Of a DNA stretch of 64,000 nucleotides, positions 31,754 through 41,755 are shown piece after piece (position 1 is the first letter of the stretch; the number at the start of each line of letters is the position of its first letter). Below the pieces are notes generated by a model. The model had not been told where the DNA came from, ran no database searches, and worked only from the letters and a program-made list of their open reading frames with translations. Source of the DNA: Nitrososphaeraceae archaeon (GTDB taxonomy: Archaea > Thermoproteota > Nitrososphaeria > Nitrososphaerales > Nitrososphaeraceae). Both the position numbers and the translations under genes were made by a program. The stretch covers positions 12,117-76,116 of the forward strand of contig DATFEP010000066.1 in NCBI GenBank assembly GCA_035250975.1. Reading direction: 5' to 3'.

Positions 31754-32046
31754 GATTAATCAATCTGAAATATTATCGTAAATTTCGATAATATTAACTT
31801 TTTATATTAAGAAATATACAAAACTTTTTTTATCAGTTAAAATTTTTATGCCTGATATTCTACTATCAAAAATAGTATTGATATATGTATGCATAAGCTC
31901 CTATAGAATTTTGATGTAATAAAATTCAAAATTATTAAGCAATAATACTTTTACCTTTCTTACTTTTGATATTTTCATGATTATAATTTTATATTGCTTT
32001 TAATCATTCATGTTAAAAAATAAAAGTACTCTTATATATTGAAAAT

Positions 32047-33201
32047 ATGGAAAAAGGTAATATTTTTAATTTCGGAAATAACTTTTTTATTTCAATTATT
32101 TTTCTCTCGTTATTAATAGGTGTCATTGGAAATGGATTGGTCTTGGGTCAAGTATTTGCAAAAGAACATACTTCGCAGATTGATGGAGACACAGAGGGGA
32201 TTGAAGTATATCCTCATTCATACGAAAAATCAGCAAGTGATAATCCCTCATATAATGACAAGACATTTCCATTAAAATTTCAAGAACAAAAAGACGAGAA
32301 GACGGATCTAAATATAATATCAAAATCAAAGGAGCAAATGAATGCTGAAAAAAAATTTGAAGAACGGCAAGATGATACCCTAATCATGAAAGGACCAGTA
32401 TATGATGAAGAAAAAGGAGATTATGAAAAGGACATCAAGAAAGAAGATTATACGTACCAAGATAAATCCAAATATATAAGTGATCAAGAGGAAATCCAAA
32501 GTAAGAGAGATTTGCTGCGTCTGCTGCTCTTCCTTTCAAGCATTGATAGAAGCCATGAAGAGGAAAGGGATAGTAGCAGAGATTCAGGCATGGATAGAAG
32601 CAATGAAGAGGATGAAGAGGAAAGGGAAAGTAAAAAAGATTTTGCTGATGATTTCAAAGAAAGTCATTCCAATAAAAATGACAAAAATCAATTAGTTGAA
32701 AATGAAAAATCTAACCAAGAGTTTAAAAAGATTAAAGAAGATGTAATTGAAAACGAAAACAGTAGACTCCTCTCAGAAGCGAGTCAAATGGAACAAAATT
32801 CCTCAGATGTACAACCTGTATATATCAATTCAAAAAATAAATTCCATGAATATGAAATTCTCATCGCAAATGCAGGATTAGACCAATCTCTATCAGAAGA
32901 TGAAAAAATAGTTCTTGATGCATCCAATAGTTTTTCTAAAGACAACTCGATAACGGGATTCAAGTGGGAACTAATTGGTGACTCAGATATCGAAATAGAT
33001 CCTAGCAATATGCAGGTATATACACTCGATGTCCCAAATGACGTGAAGGATAAACCTTTGGAATTCCAACTAACTGTGACAAATGATGATGGACTAACAG
33101 ATACCGATACAGTAAAAGTATTGATAAATGACGAACAAAATGACGAAGATGACGAAGAAGATGACGAAGAAGATGACGAAGAAGATGACGAAGATAACTA
33201 G
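32047..33201 (+). CDS. Secreted/surface acidic protein with PKD-like Ig domain
   Basis: Signal/TM segment; IANAGLDQ..VLDASNS..FKW..FQLTVTNDDGLTDTDTVKV; D/E-rich tail. Confidence 0.8.
   Translation: MEKGNIFNFGNNFFISIIFLSLLIGVIGNGLVLGQVFAKEHTSQIDGDTEGIEVYPHSYEKSASDNPSYNDKTFPLKFQEQKDEKTDLNIISKSKEQMNAEKKFEERQDDTLIMKGPVYDEEKGDYEKDIKKEDYTYQDKSKYISDQEEIQSKRDLLRLLLFLSSIDRSHEEERDSSRDSGMDRSNEEDEEERESKKDFADDFKESHSNKNDKNQLVENEKSNQEFKKIKEDVIENENSRLLSEASQMEQNSSDVQPVYINSKNKFHEYEILIANAGLDQSLSEDEKIVLDASNSFSKDNSITGFKWELIGDSDIEIDPSNMQVYTLDVPNDVKDKPLEFQLTVTNDDGLTDTDTVKVLINDEQNDEDDEEDDEEDDEEDDEDN
33148..33194 (+). repeat. Coding 12-bp tandem repeat (GATGACGAAGAA, about 4 copies; DDEE)
   Basis: Read directly from the sequence. 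Confidence 0.9.
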
Positions 33202-33273
33202 TCCCAGAACCCTCGTTTGGAGGCTAATAGGAAAATTTAAATTTTCTATATTTTTTAATTATATCGATAAGAA

Positions 33274-34422
33274 ATTCCCATACTTTATGAAAAATACACT
33301 GGATATTATGCGAAACTAGTATTGGAAAATGGTAAATCGTTTTCTGGAACAGGATTTGGTTATCCAGTGCAGAGCTCTGGTGAAGTCGTTTTTAATACAG
33401 GAATGGTTGGTTATACTGAGAGCCTAACGGATCCATCTTATAATGGTCAAATATTATGCATGACCTATCCTCTTGTTGGCAATTATGGAGTGCCACAGAA
33501 GGACATTTTAGACGAATTCGGTTTACCCAAATTTTTCGAGTCCGAAAGAATACAAGTCAAAGGATTGATAATTCATTCATTATCAAATATCGCAAGTCAT
33601 TGGAGTTGTGTAAAAACACTAGATGAATGGTTATATGAAGAAAAAATTCCTGGGATATACGGAGTTGATACTAGAGAACTGACAAAGATAATACGCCAAA
33701 AGGGAGTCATGATGGGAGTTTTATCTGTCTCTGAAAAACCACTTGAAAAAATAGACATATCTCAAATTGTTAAAAACGAAGATTACGACAATAAAAATTT
33801 CATGTCTGCAGTAAGTTCCAATCAAATTAGAACATATGGTCATTCCAACGAAAAGATTATTGTATTGTTAGATACAGGAACCAAGTATAGTATTATCAGG
33901 GATTTACTGAAGAGGGGTTATAGGGTAGTACAACTTCCTTGGAATTCATCGTTTGATAGAGTAATATCTTACAATCCAGATGGTGTTGTAATTAGTAACG
34001 GTCCGGGAGATCCAAAGATGTGCAATGCAACGATTGAAACAGCAAAAAAATTGCTAGATAATTCGATTCCAACACTTGGCATATGTCTTGGCAATCAGAT
34101 TTTGGCTCTATCTGCAGGAGCAGACACGTATAAATTAAAATATGGCCACAGGGGACAAAACAAATCATGTATAAATATTAGGAATGAAAATTCCTATATC
34201 ACCAGTCAAAACCATGGATATGGAATAGAAGCCAAAAGTCTAGAAAAGACAGGATTCGAGCCATGGTTTTATAATCCAGATGACAAAACTATAGAGGGTA
34301 TAATACATAAAGATAAACCTGCGATAGCGGTACAATTTCACCCAGAGGCATCACCAGGACCTTTTGATTGTACATTTGTTTTTGATAAATTTAAAGAAAT
34401 TATTAATTTAAATAAGAGATAA
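33274..34422 (+). CDS. carA: Carbamoyl-phosphate synthase small subunit; probable non-canonical start (ATT 33274 or ATA 33280) upstream of the track's TTG at 33322
   Basis: AKLVLENG, GEVVFNTGMVGY, SNGPGDP, GICLG, QNHG, QFHPEA. Confidence 0.95.
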   Translation: MPILYEKYTGYYAKLVLENGKSFSGTGFGYPVQSSGEVVFNTGMVGYTESLTDPSYNGQILCMTYPLVGNYGVPQKDILDEFGLPKFFESERIQVKGLIIHSLSNIASHWSCVKTLDEWLYEEKIPGIYGVDTRELTKIIRQKGVMMGVLSVSEKPLEKIDISQIVKNEDYDNKNFMSAVSSNQIRTYGHSNEKIIVLLDTGTKYSIIRDLLKRGYRVVQLPWNSSFDRVISYNPDGVVISNGPGDPKMCNATIETAKKLLDNSIPTLGICLGNQILALSAGADTYKLKYGHRGQNKSCINIRNENSYITSQNHGYGIEAKSLEKTGFEPWFYNPDDKTIEGIIHKDKPAIAVQFHPEASPGPFDCTFVFDKFKEIINLNKR

Positions 34423-34469
34423 AAATTACCATATTAAACCTATATAAAATACATGTAAAAATAGAGTGA

Positions 34470-34476
34470 GAGGTGA
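34470..34476 (+). promoter_or_regulatory. Shine-Dalgarno-like GAGGTGA before carB; TATA box TATATAAA at 34441-34448
   Basis: Archaeal SD consensus 5 nt before ATT-CCA-AAA (MPK). Confidence 0.6.
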
Positions 34477-34481
34477 AAATA

Positions 34482-37400
34482 ATTCCAAAAAATAATGATA
34501 TAAAAAAAGTTGTTCTGTTGGGTAGTGGGGCAATAAAAATCGGAGAAGCAGGCGAAAGTCATTAGAAGATGACCGCAAATTTGATTACTCTGGTTCACAA
34601 TGCCTCAAAGCTCTAAGGGAGGAGGAAATTGAAACAGTTTTAATTAATCCCAATATTGCTACTATTCAGACGGATACAAGGTTTTCTGATAAAGTCTACC
34701 TTTTGCCTATCACTCCTGATTATGTTTCCAATATTTTAGAAATTGAAAGACCAGATTCTATAATGTTATCATTTGGGGGACAAACTGCCCTAAACTGTGG
34801 TACATCATTATTCAAAAACGGAATTATTGACAAATACGGAATAAAAGTGCTTGGAACACCAATTAACGGAATAGAAAGAACTGAAGATAGACAACTTTTC
34901 AAAGAGGCCATGCAGACAAGTAATGTTCCTGTATTACCTAGTTCCCCAGCATATTCTGTTGAAGAATCAATTCACATTGCAAAAAAAATTGGTTATCCTG
35001 TGATAATCAGGGTTGCATACACTCTTGGAGGAAAGGGAGGAGGAGTTGCCTATAATGAATATGAATTACAAGAGATAGTACATCGAGGTCTCTCAGTTAG
35101 TATGACCAGTCAAGTTTTAATAGAGAAATATGTTGGTAACTGGAAACAAATAGAATATGAAGTAATGCGAGATTATAAAGGAAATTCTATAATTGTTTGC
35201 AACATGGAAAATATTTTGGCTATGCGAGTTCATACAGGCGATAACATTGTAGTGGCTCCATCTCAGACTCTTAATAACTACGAATATCACATGTTGCGTT
35301 CTGCAGCGATCAGAGCGACGAAAGAAGTAGGTATTATTGGTGAGTGTAACATTCAGTTTGGACTCGATCCTAAAAGCGAAGAATATTGTGCAATAGAGAT
35401 AAATGCAAGACTTTCTAGATCATCAGCACTTGCTAGCAAAGCAACTGGATATCCGCTAGCATATATGGCTGCAAAATTGGGTTTGGGATATTCACTAGAC
35501 GAGTTAGTGAATAAAGTTACCAAGAAAACTACTGCATTTTTTGAACCATCTTTAGATTATGTAGTAGTAAAGATGCCTAGATGGGATTTTAATAAATTTG
35601 AGAATGTTAACCGAAGACTCGGAACTGCTATGAAATCAGTTGGAGAAGTAATGGCTATTGGGCGAACTTTTGAAGAATCCATTCAAAAAGCAATAAGAAT
35701 GTGTGACATCGGAAAGAAAGGTCTGGTTGAAAACTATGAATTCACAGAGCCCAACGAAGAAGAGTTAGAAAATATTGAACACGCACTTTTGTATCCTGAT
35801 GACAGCATCCTGTTTCAGGTTGTGAGAGCAATATACAGCGGCATGACCATAGAAAAGATAAATGAATTATCAAGCATAGATCCATGGTTTCTTGCCAAAA
35901 TAAAGAACATAATAGACATGGAAAGAAGGTTGAAAAATTCGGGAAATGATTTTGATGAAAGCCTTATAAAAGAAGCTAAAGAATCAGGGTTCTCGGATAT
36001 ACAATTATCTTCTTATTTAAAATTGGATGAAATAACTGTTAGAAAACTTAGGAAAAAATTTGGAATACAGCCAGTCATCAAACAGATTGATACCTTAGCT
36101 GCTGAATGGCCTGCTCAAACTAACTACCTTTATCTTACCTACGGCGGTGATACCGATGATATCAAGATTAGAAAGAAAGATAAGAATGCAATAGTCCTGG
36201 GAGCAGGTCCGTATAGAATTGGAAGTAGCGTAGAGTTTGATTGGGGTACTGTTAACATGGTTAGGGGTTTGAAGGAAAATGGAATAAATGAAGTATCAAT
36301 AATAAACTGTAATCCCGAAACAGTTTCTACAGACTTTGATATATCTGACCGGTTATACTTTGAGGAGATTACCTTTGAAAGAGTTATGGATATTTATGAA
36401 AAAGAAAATGATGCTGAAATAGTAACATGTGTTGGCGGTCAAACTGCTAATAATCTGACGTTAAAACTGGCAAAAAATGGAGCAAAAATAATAGGAACAG
36501 AAGCCAAAGATGTTGACAGAGCTGAAGACAGAGAAAAGTTTGGAAAATTACTTGATTCATTAAAGATTAAACAGCCTCCTTGGAAAAAATTTACAAGTCT
36601 AGATGAGGCAACTATTTTTTCCCAAGAGGTAGGATATCCCGTGCTTGTGCGACCGTCATATGTATTAAGTGGTGCAGCAATGAAGGTAGTATGGGATGAC
36701 AAACAGTTGGAAATATTTATAGAAAATGCCACAGAGGTCAGCCCGGATCATCCTATAGTTATTAGTAAGTTTTTCCAAGATGCTGCAGAAGTAGAAGTGG
36801 ATGGAATCAGCGGGAAAGACAGAATAATTATTGGATCCATTATAGAACACATAGACAACGCCGGAATACATTCAGGTGATGCGATGATGTGCATACCTCC
36901 GTGGAGATTAAATAGGGATATAATGGATACAATAACAGGCTATTCAAATAAAATAATCAAAGCTCTCAATGTCATTGGACCATTTAACATTCAGTTTCTT
37001 GTAAAGAATGACGAAGTACTTGTAATCGAGGCAAATATCAGGGCATCAAGGTCAATGCCTTTTGTTTCTAAATACGTAGGTATAAATCTGATGAATCTTG
37101 CCGCAAAAGCGATGTTAGGTAAACCTCTCCCAGAGATAAAGGATTTATGGTTGAAAACGAGCGGTTTTGGTATTAAAGTTCCTCAATTCTCCTTTATGCA
37201 ACTAGAAGGTGCCGATATAGTTTTAGGTGTAGAGATGCATTCTACTGGAGAAGTTGCGTGTTTTGGAACAAGCTTTTATGATGCTCTAAGTAAAGCCTTC
37301 CTAGCCGCAGGATATTCGCTGCCGTTACGTGGAACTTCTTTAATCACAATAGGAGGCCAAAAAAATAAGGAAAAATCGCTTCCTCTTATGTCTTTGATTT

Positions 37401-37777
37401 CATCAATGGAATTTAATATTTTAGCGACAGAACATACAGCTGACTTTTTGGAAAATAATGGTTTTAACGAAGTCCAGAGGGTTTATAAAATAAGTGAACC
37501 TGACAGGAAACCAAACATCACAGAATTACTATATGATCATAAAATTGATTTTATCATAAATATTCCTGCAACTGTAACTGTGGAAAAATATTTGGATATG
37601 TTAAATGATGAATACCAAATAAGGAGGAAAGCGGTCGAGATGGGTATTCCGGTAATGACAACCATAGAGGCAGCAATATCGTTTGTAAAAACGTTACAAT
37701 GGCTGAAAAGCAATGCTCCAACAATAGTTCCATTGAAGAATTACTTAGAAGAAGACACGATCAGTGAAAAAAATTAG
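34482..37777 (+). CDS. carB: Carbamoyl-phosphate synthase large subunit, split: join(34482..34556, 34580..37777); alternative start GTG 34473
   Basis: Exon 1 PKNNDIKKVVLLGSGAIKIGEAGE joins exon 2 FDYSGSQCLKALREEEIETVLINPNIATIQTD, which is in frame with ORF 34703-37777 (two ATP-grasp domains, MGS domain). Confidence 0.95.
34557..34579 (+). other. Candidate 23-nt archaeal mRNA intron (bulge-helix-bulge/loop type) in carB
   Basis: AGTCATTAGAAGATGACCGCAAA: hairpin GTCAT/ATGAC; central helix GGCG/CGCA; 3-nt bulges AA^A and AA^T; removal restores G-E-F-D-Y-S. Confidence 0.8.
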
Positions 37778-38568
37778 TGAAACTTTTCAGTTTTTACATC
37801 CCCTATAACAGAACCTTCCAAAGTAAATAGCATTCCAGATAAAATTGCATTCTGTTCTAAAAATAAATTAATAATTGGAGAAGGAGAAGATGTCGAATTC
37901 TTAAACTTGTGAGTTGATACCAGAGTAGAGTAAAAGTATTTGTTAAATGTTGGAATAATTATAATCTCCAAAATTCCGTTCTTTTGCAATCCATAAAGAA
38001 TTTCTTTTTTTACCTTAAGATATATCCATACTCTCTTTCCATGAACGGTGCTCTTAGGATCTATAAATATTGGATGAAGATGACCCATTATTATCTTGTT
38101 AATATTTGATTTTATTTTATTTGGAAGAGTATGACCGTGTATTAACAAAGTATCGTCAATAATAAGTCCACTAGTGTTGCATGTAACCACTGATTCTGGA
38201 ACGAGTAGATCGATATTTCCATCGTGGTTTCCAGGTATTAAGAAGACATCTAGATCTTTGGATAATTTATCCAAAAAATAAGGAACGATATTCCATTCAA
38301 TTTTGGTAATATGAGTGATGGAGCTCTTGAGGTCTCCTAAAATTATGATTCCATCTATTCTTTGTGATTTTCTTATTTCGTTAATCTCTTCTAAAATATC
38401 ATTTACTATTTGATTTGAATCAATGTTAATTCCCTTCTGAATTAGAGAGGATTCAAATCCCAAATGAAGATCTGATACTACAATGAATATTTTTTTTTTA
38501 TTTTCTCTTTTATCGATGTATTCCAAAATAAGAGCTGCATGAGGATTTATAGGATATGCCTTAGTCAC
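37774..38568 (-). CDS. Calcineurin-like metallophosphoesterase
   Basis: SDLHLG, LGD, GNHD, HGH, GHLHP. Confidence 0.9.
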   Translation of the reverse strand: MTKAYPINPHAALILEYIDKRENKKKIFIVVSDLHLGFESSLIQKGINIDSNQIVNDILEEINEIRKSQRIDGIIILGDLKSSITHITKIEWNIVPYFLDKLSKDLDVFLIPGNHDGNIDLLVPESVVTCNTSGLIIDDTLLIHGHTLPNKIKSNINKIIMGHLHPIFIDPKSTVHGKRVWIYLKVKKEILYGLQKNGILEIIIIPTFNKYFYSTLVSTHKFKNSTSSPSPIINLFLEQNAILSGMLFTLEGSVIGDVKTEKFH

Positions 38569-38869
38569 AACATAAATATAATACTACTTGATCTATTAAT
38601 TATTTTACTTGATATTCTATAAAAGTAAAAAATATCTTCATTTGATATCTTTCAATAGCTATTAGTTGATTAAATGTAAATAAAGGGTTTTTGATTGATT
38701 ATTATATATACTAAGATACTAGAAAATGCCACAGTTACAAAACAGATTATAATAAAGTATGTAATTATCTTGTAAATATTAAAGATTAATCTGTAAAAGT
38801 GAAATATTTAATGATTCTATCAAGATATCTATTTATAAATTAAATTAGTGATTTTATTATGGAATTTAT

Positions 38870-39709
38870 ATGATTATTAGCGGAGTCGAAGTCTCGACCA
38901 AATTAAAAACTGAATTAATACAAAAAGTTGAACTTCTGAAGAAAAAAGGAATTGATCCATGTTTAGCTACCATTTTGGTGGGCGATGATCAGGCTTCTGC
39001 AATTTATATTAGAAATAAACATAAAGCATGTTCTGAATTAGGAATTAAGACTAAAGACAACACGATGCCATCGTCAATTGAAGAAGAAAAACTGATCGAA
39101 TTGATAAATTCATTAAACAATGATCCATCTGTTCATGGAATATTATTACAGTTACCTCTTCCCAGTCATATAGATCAGTTCAAGGTCATAAACAAAATTA
39201 AACCTACAAAAGATGTTGATGGATTAACATACCAAAATGCAGGATTACTATTAAACAAAAAATCATCTTTGATACCCTGCACACCTTTAGGAGTTATGGA
39301 ATTATTTAATTACTACAAAATAGAACTAAAAGGAAAAGATATCGTAATTATAAATAGAAGTATTCTAGTTGGAATACCACTTTTTTTGCTGTTATTGGAG
39401 AAGGATGCAACCGTAACAATATGTCATTCAAAAACTAGAGATTTGGAAGAAAAATTGAGAAGGACAGATATAATAATCACCGCAGTTGGAAATAGGAAAC
39501 TTTTTACTCTAAAACCAGAACATGTTAAAGAGCATGTAGTGATAATTGATATCGGAATATCAAGAGAAAATGGAAAGATAATAGGTGACACAGATTTTGA
39601 AAGAGTTGCACCAAAAGCTTCTTGGATAACACCAGTTCCAGGAGGAGTTGGTCCCATGACTATTACAATGTTATTAAACAACACTATAAAAGCTGCATCA
39701 AATTTTTAG
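38870..39709 (+). CDS. folD: Methylenetetrahydrofolate dehydrogenase/cyclohydrolase
   Basis: YIRNK, HGILLQLPLP, KDVDG, PCTP, TPVPGGVGPMT. Confidence 0.96.
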   Translation: MIISGVEVSTKLKTELIQKVELLKKKGIDPCLATILVGDDQASAIYIRNKHKACSELGIKTKDNTMPSSIEEEKLIELINSLNNDPSVHGILLQLPLPSHIDQFKVINKIKPTKDVDGLTYQNAGLLLNKKSSLIPCTPLGVMELFNYYKIELKGKDIVIINRSILVGIPLFLLLLEKDATVTICHSKTRDLEEKLRRTDIIITAVGNRKLFTLKPEHVKEHVVIIDIGISRENGKIIGDTDFERVAPKASWITPVPGGVGPMTITMLLNNTIKAASNF

Positions 39710-39733
39710 AACCTTATCAGTGTACACTAAAAA

Positions 39734-40339
39734 ATGTTAGACCAATCTTCTAAGGAGGAAATTCGAAAAAAAACATTAAGCAAGAGAAATCAATTATCGG
39801 AGAAAGACCGAACCATGTTCAGCGAGATAATATTTAACAAGTTAATACAATCCCAAGAATACAAAAAAGCAGATCGAATTGCAGTTTATTATCCAGTAGG
39901 TTCTGAGGTACAAACTTTGGAGATTATAAGAGACGCCTTAATAAACAAAAAAAAAGTTGGTCTTCCAAGAGTAATTAATGATGATGAAATAAAATTTTAT
40001 CAAATCATGGAAAAATCTTTAGAAGAAGTTGAATTTACTAAAGGGAAATACGGTATTATGGAAAATATAGCTTCAACAGTCGAATTGGATCAAATCGATC
40101 TTTTGATAATACCAGGTGTGGCATTTGATGACGAGTGCAATAGAATTGGATATGGCAAAGGATATTATGATAGATTTCTGGGTCAGAATGATATTGGATT
40201 TATAGTAGGATTAGCTTTTGAAAATCAAATGGTGAAGTACATTCCCATAAATGAATTAGATCAAAAAGTTGATTGCATTATAACAAACAAGAATAATTAT
40301 TATCATAAAAACAATAGAAAAATAAATAAAATTTTATGA
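39734..40339 (+). CDS. 5-formyltetrahydrofolate cyclo-ligase
   Basis: LPRV, IIPGVAFD..RIGYGKGYYDR. Confidence 0.93.
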   Translation: MLDQSSKEEIRKKTLSKRNQLSEKDRTMFSEIIFNKLIQSQEYKKADRIAVYYPVGSEVQTLEIIRDALINKKKVGLPRVINDDEIKFYQIMEKSLEEVEFTKGKYGIMENIASTVELDQIDLLIIPGVAFDDECNRIGYGKGYYDRFLGQNDIGFIVGLAFENQMVKYIPINELDQKVDCIITNKNNYYHKNNRKINKIL

Positions 40340-41602
40340 GAATCTTTTTCCAATATCATTTCTATAGTAATGATAATTGTGTCCCCAATGAATCATTTTT
40401 ACTGCTGAATAGACATTTATTCTGGCTGCATTGAAATTCTCGCCTAATGCGGTAACACCTAAAATCCTGCCACCATTGGTGAGAACTTTATTATCCTTTA
40501 AAATAGTTCCTGCATGAAATACCATAACATTATCACCAAATTTGCTATCCAAACCATAAATTACATTCCCTTTTTCGTTCTTTATCGGATATCCTTTCTC
40601 TGCCATAACTACGCATATAGCAGGTTTTTCTGACCACTCAATGTCAGGTAATATATCCAAATTTTCATCTATTGAAGCGTCAAGATATTCATATAAATCT
40701 GATTTCATACGCATCATTATAGGCTGGCATTCTGGGTCACCCATTCTCGCGTTAAATTCAAGAACATAAGGTTTAGATGTTTTGCTCTCTATCATCACAC
40801 CGGCATAAAGAAATCCTTTGAATGGATTGTTATGATTTTGCATTGAATTAATTGTCTTTTCCATAATATTTTTCATGATATCATTAAAGAGAACGTCATC
40901 AACTAGAGGCGAAGGAGAAAAACTACCCATTCCTCCGGTGTTAGGGCCTTTATCATCATCATATATCCTCTTATGATCTTGACTGGTAGCAACAGGAATA
41001 ATTTTTTTTCCATCAGAAATGCCAATGAAAGAAACTTCATTTCCATAAATCCTTTCTTCAATCACTACTTTATCCCCGGAATCTCCAAATTCTTTCAAGA
41101 TCATGATTCTATTGATCGCATCTATAGCCTCGCTTTCAGAATCGCAAACGATCACACCTTTTCCAGCAGCTAGCCCATCTGCTTTGATGACCAATTGTTT
41201 TTCGGTGTTACGTATGTATTCTATTGCATTTTCTGGATCTGTAAAGATTGAGAAATCTGTAGTGGGGATATTATTATTTTTCATGAAGAGTTTTGCGAAC
41301 GACTTACTTGATTCTAGCTGTGCTGCCTCTTTTGTGGGACCAAATATCTTAACATTGTTGGACAACTCATTAACTATTCCCTTTGTTAAAGGTTCTTCTG
41401 GACCAACTACAATCATACAATCGTTCTGTAACGCATACAATCTAATTTTTTCAAAATCAGTAATTTTGAATTCTAGGTTTTTTGATGTACCTCCATTGCC
41501 AGGAGCGAAAAAAACATTTTGTACTAATTTGCTCTTGGAAAGTTTCCATCCCAATGCATGTTCTCTTCCTCCAGAACCAACGATCAATACGTTTTTGTTC
41601 AA
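40334..41602 (-). CDS. purD: Phosphoribosylamine-glycine ligase
   Basis: GSGGREHA, KADGLAAGKGV, QDHKR, GPNTGGMG, EFNARMGDPE. Confidence 0.96.
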   Translation of the reverse strand: MNKNVLIVGSGGREHALGWKLSKSKLVQNVFFAPGNGGTSKNLEFKITDFEKIRLYALQNDCMIVVGPEEPLTKGIVNELSNNVKIFGPTKEAAQLESSKSFAKLFMKNNNIPTTDFSIFTDPENAIEYIRNTEKQLVIKADGLAAGKGVIVCDSESEAIDAINRIMILKEFGDSGDKVVIEERIYGNEVSFIGISDGKKIIPVATSQDHKRIYDDDKGPNTGGMGSFSPSPLVDDVLFNDIMKNIMEKTINSMQNHNNPFKGFLYAGVMIESKTSKPYVLEFNARMGDPECQPIMMRMKSDLYEYLDASIDENLDILPDIEWSEKPAICVVMAEKGYPIKNEKGNVIYGLDSKFGDNVMVFHAGTILKDNKVLTNGGRILGVTALGENFNAARINVYSAVKMIHWGHNYHYYRNDIGKRFS

Positions 41603-41755
41603 TTATAGGTGATAAATAGATCGCACATAATATTTGTTACATAATGATTTTTATAATTTTTCCATCAAAATTGAAATGAAAGTTTTATCTCAGGAATCAG
41701 AAAAAAAATGATAATCAACTAAAGATAGGTTAACAATCGAAAAATATTCGTTTGG

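Noticed and set aside
33128-33319. ORF with MTKK repeats
   Set aside because: Alternative-frame reading of the DDEE tandem repeat.
34553-34579. -1 ribosomal frameshift as the explanation for the carB break (the -1 frame is open across the insert)
   Set aside because: There is no canonical X-XXY-YYZ slippery site, and it would insert 8 residues inside the conserved GEFDYS motif. The BHB-type cut sites match the required boundaries exactly. Kept only as an alternative.
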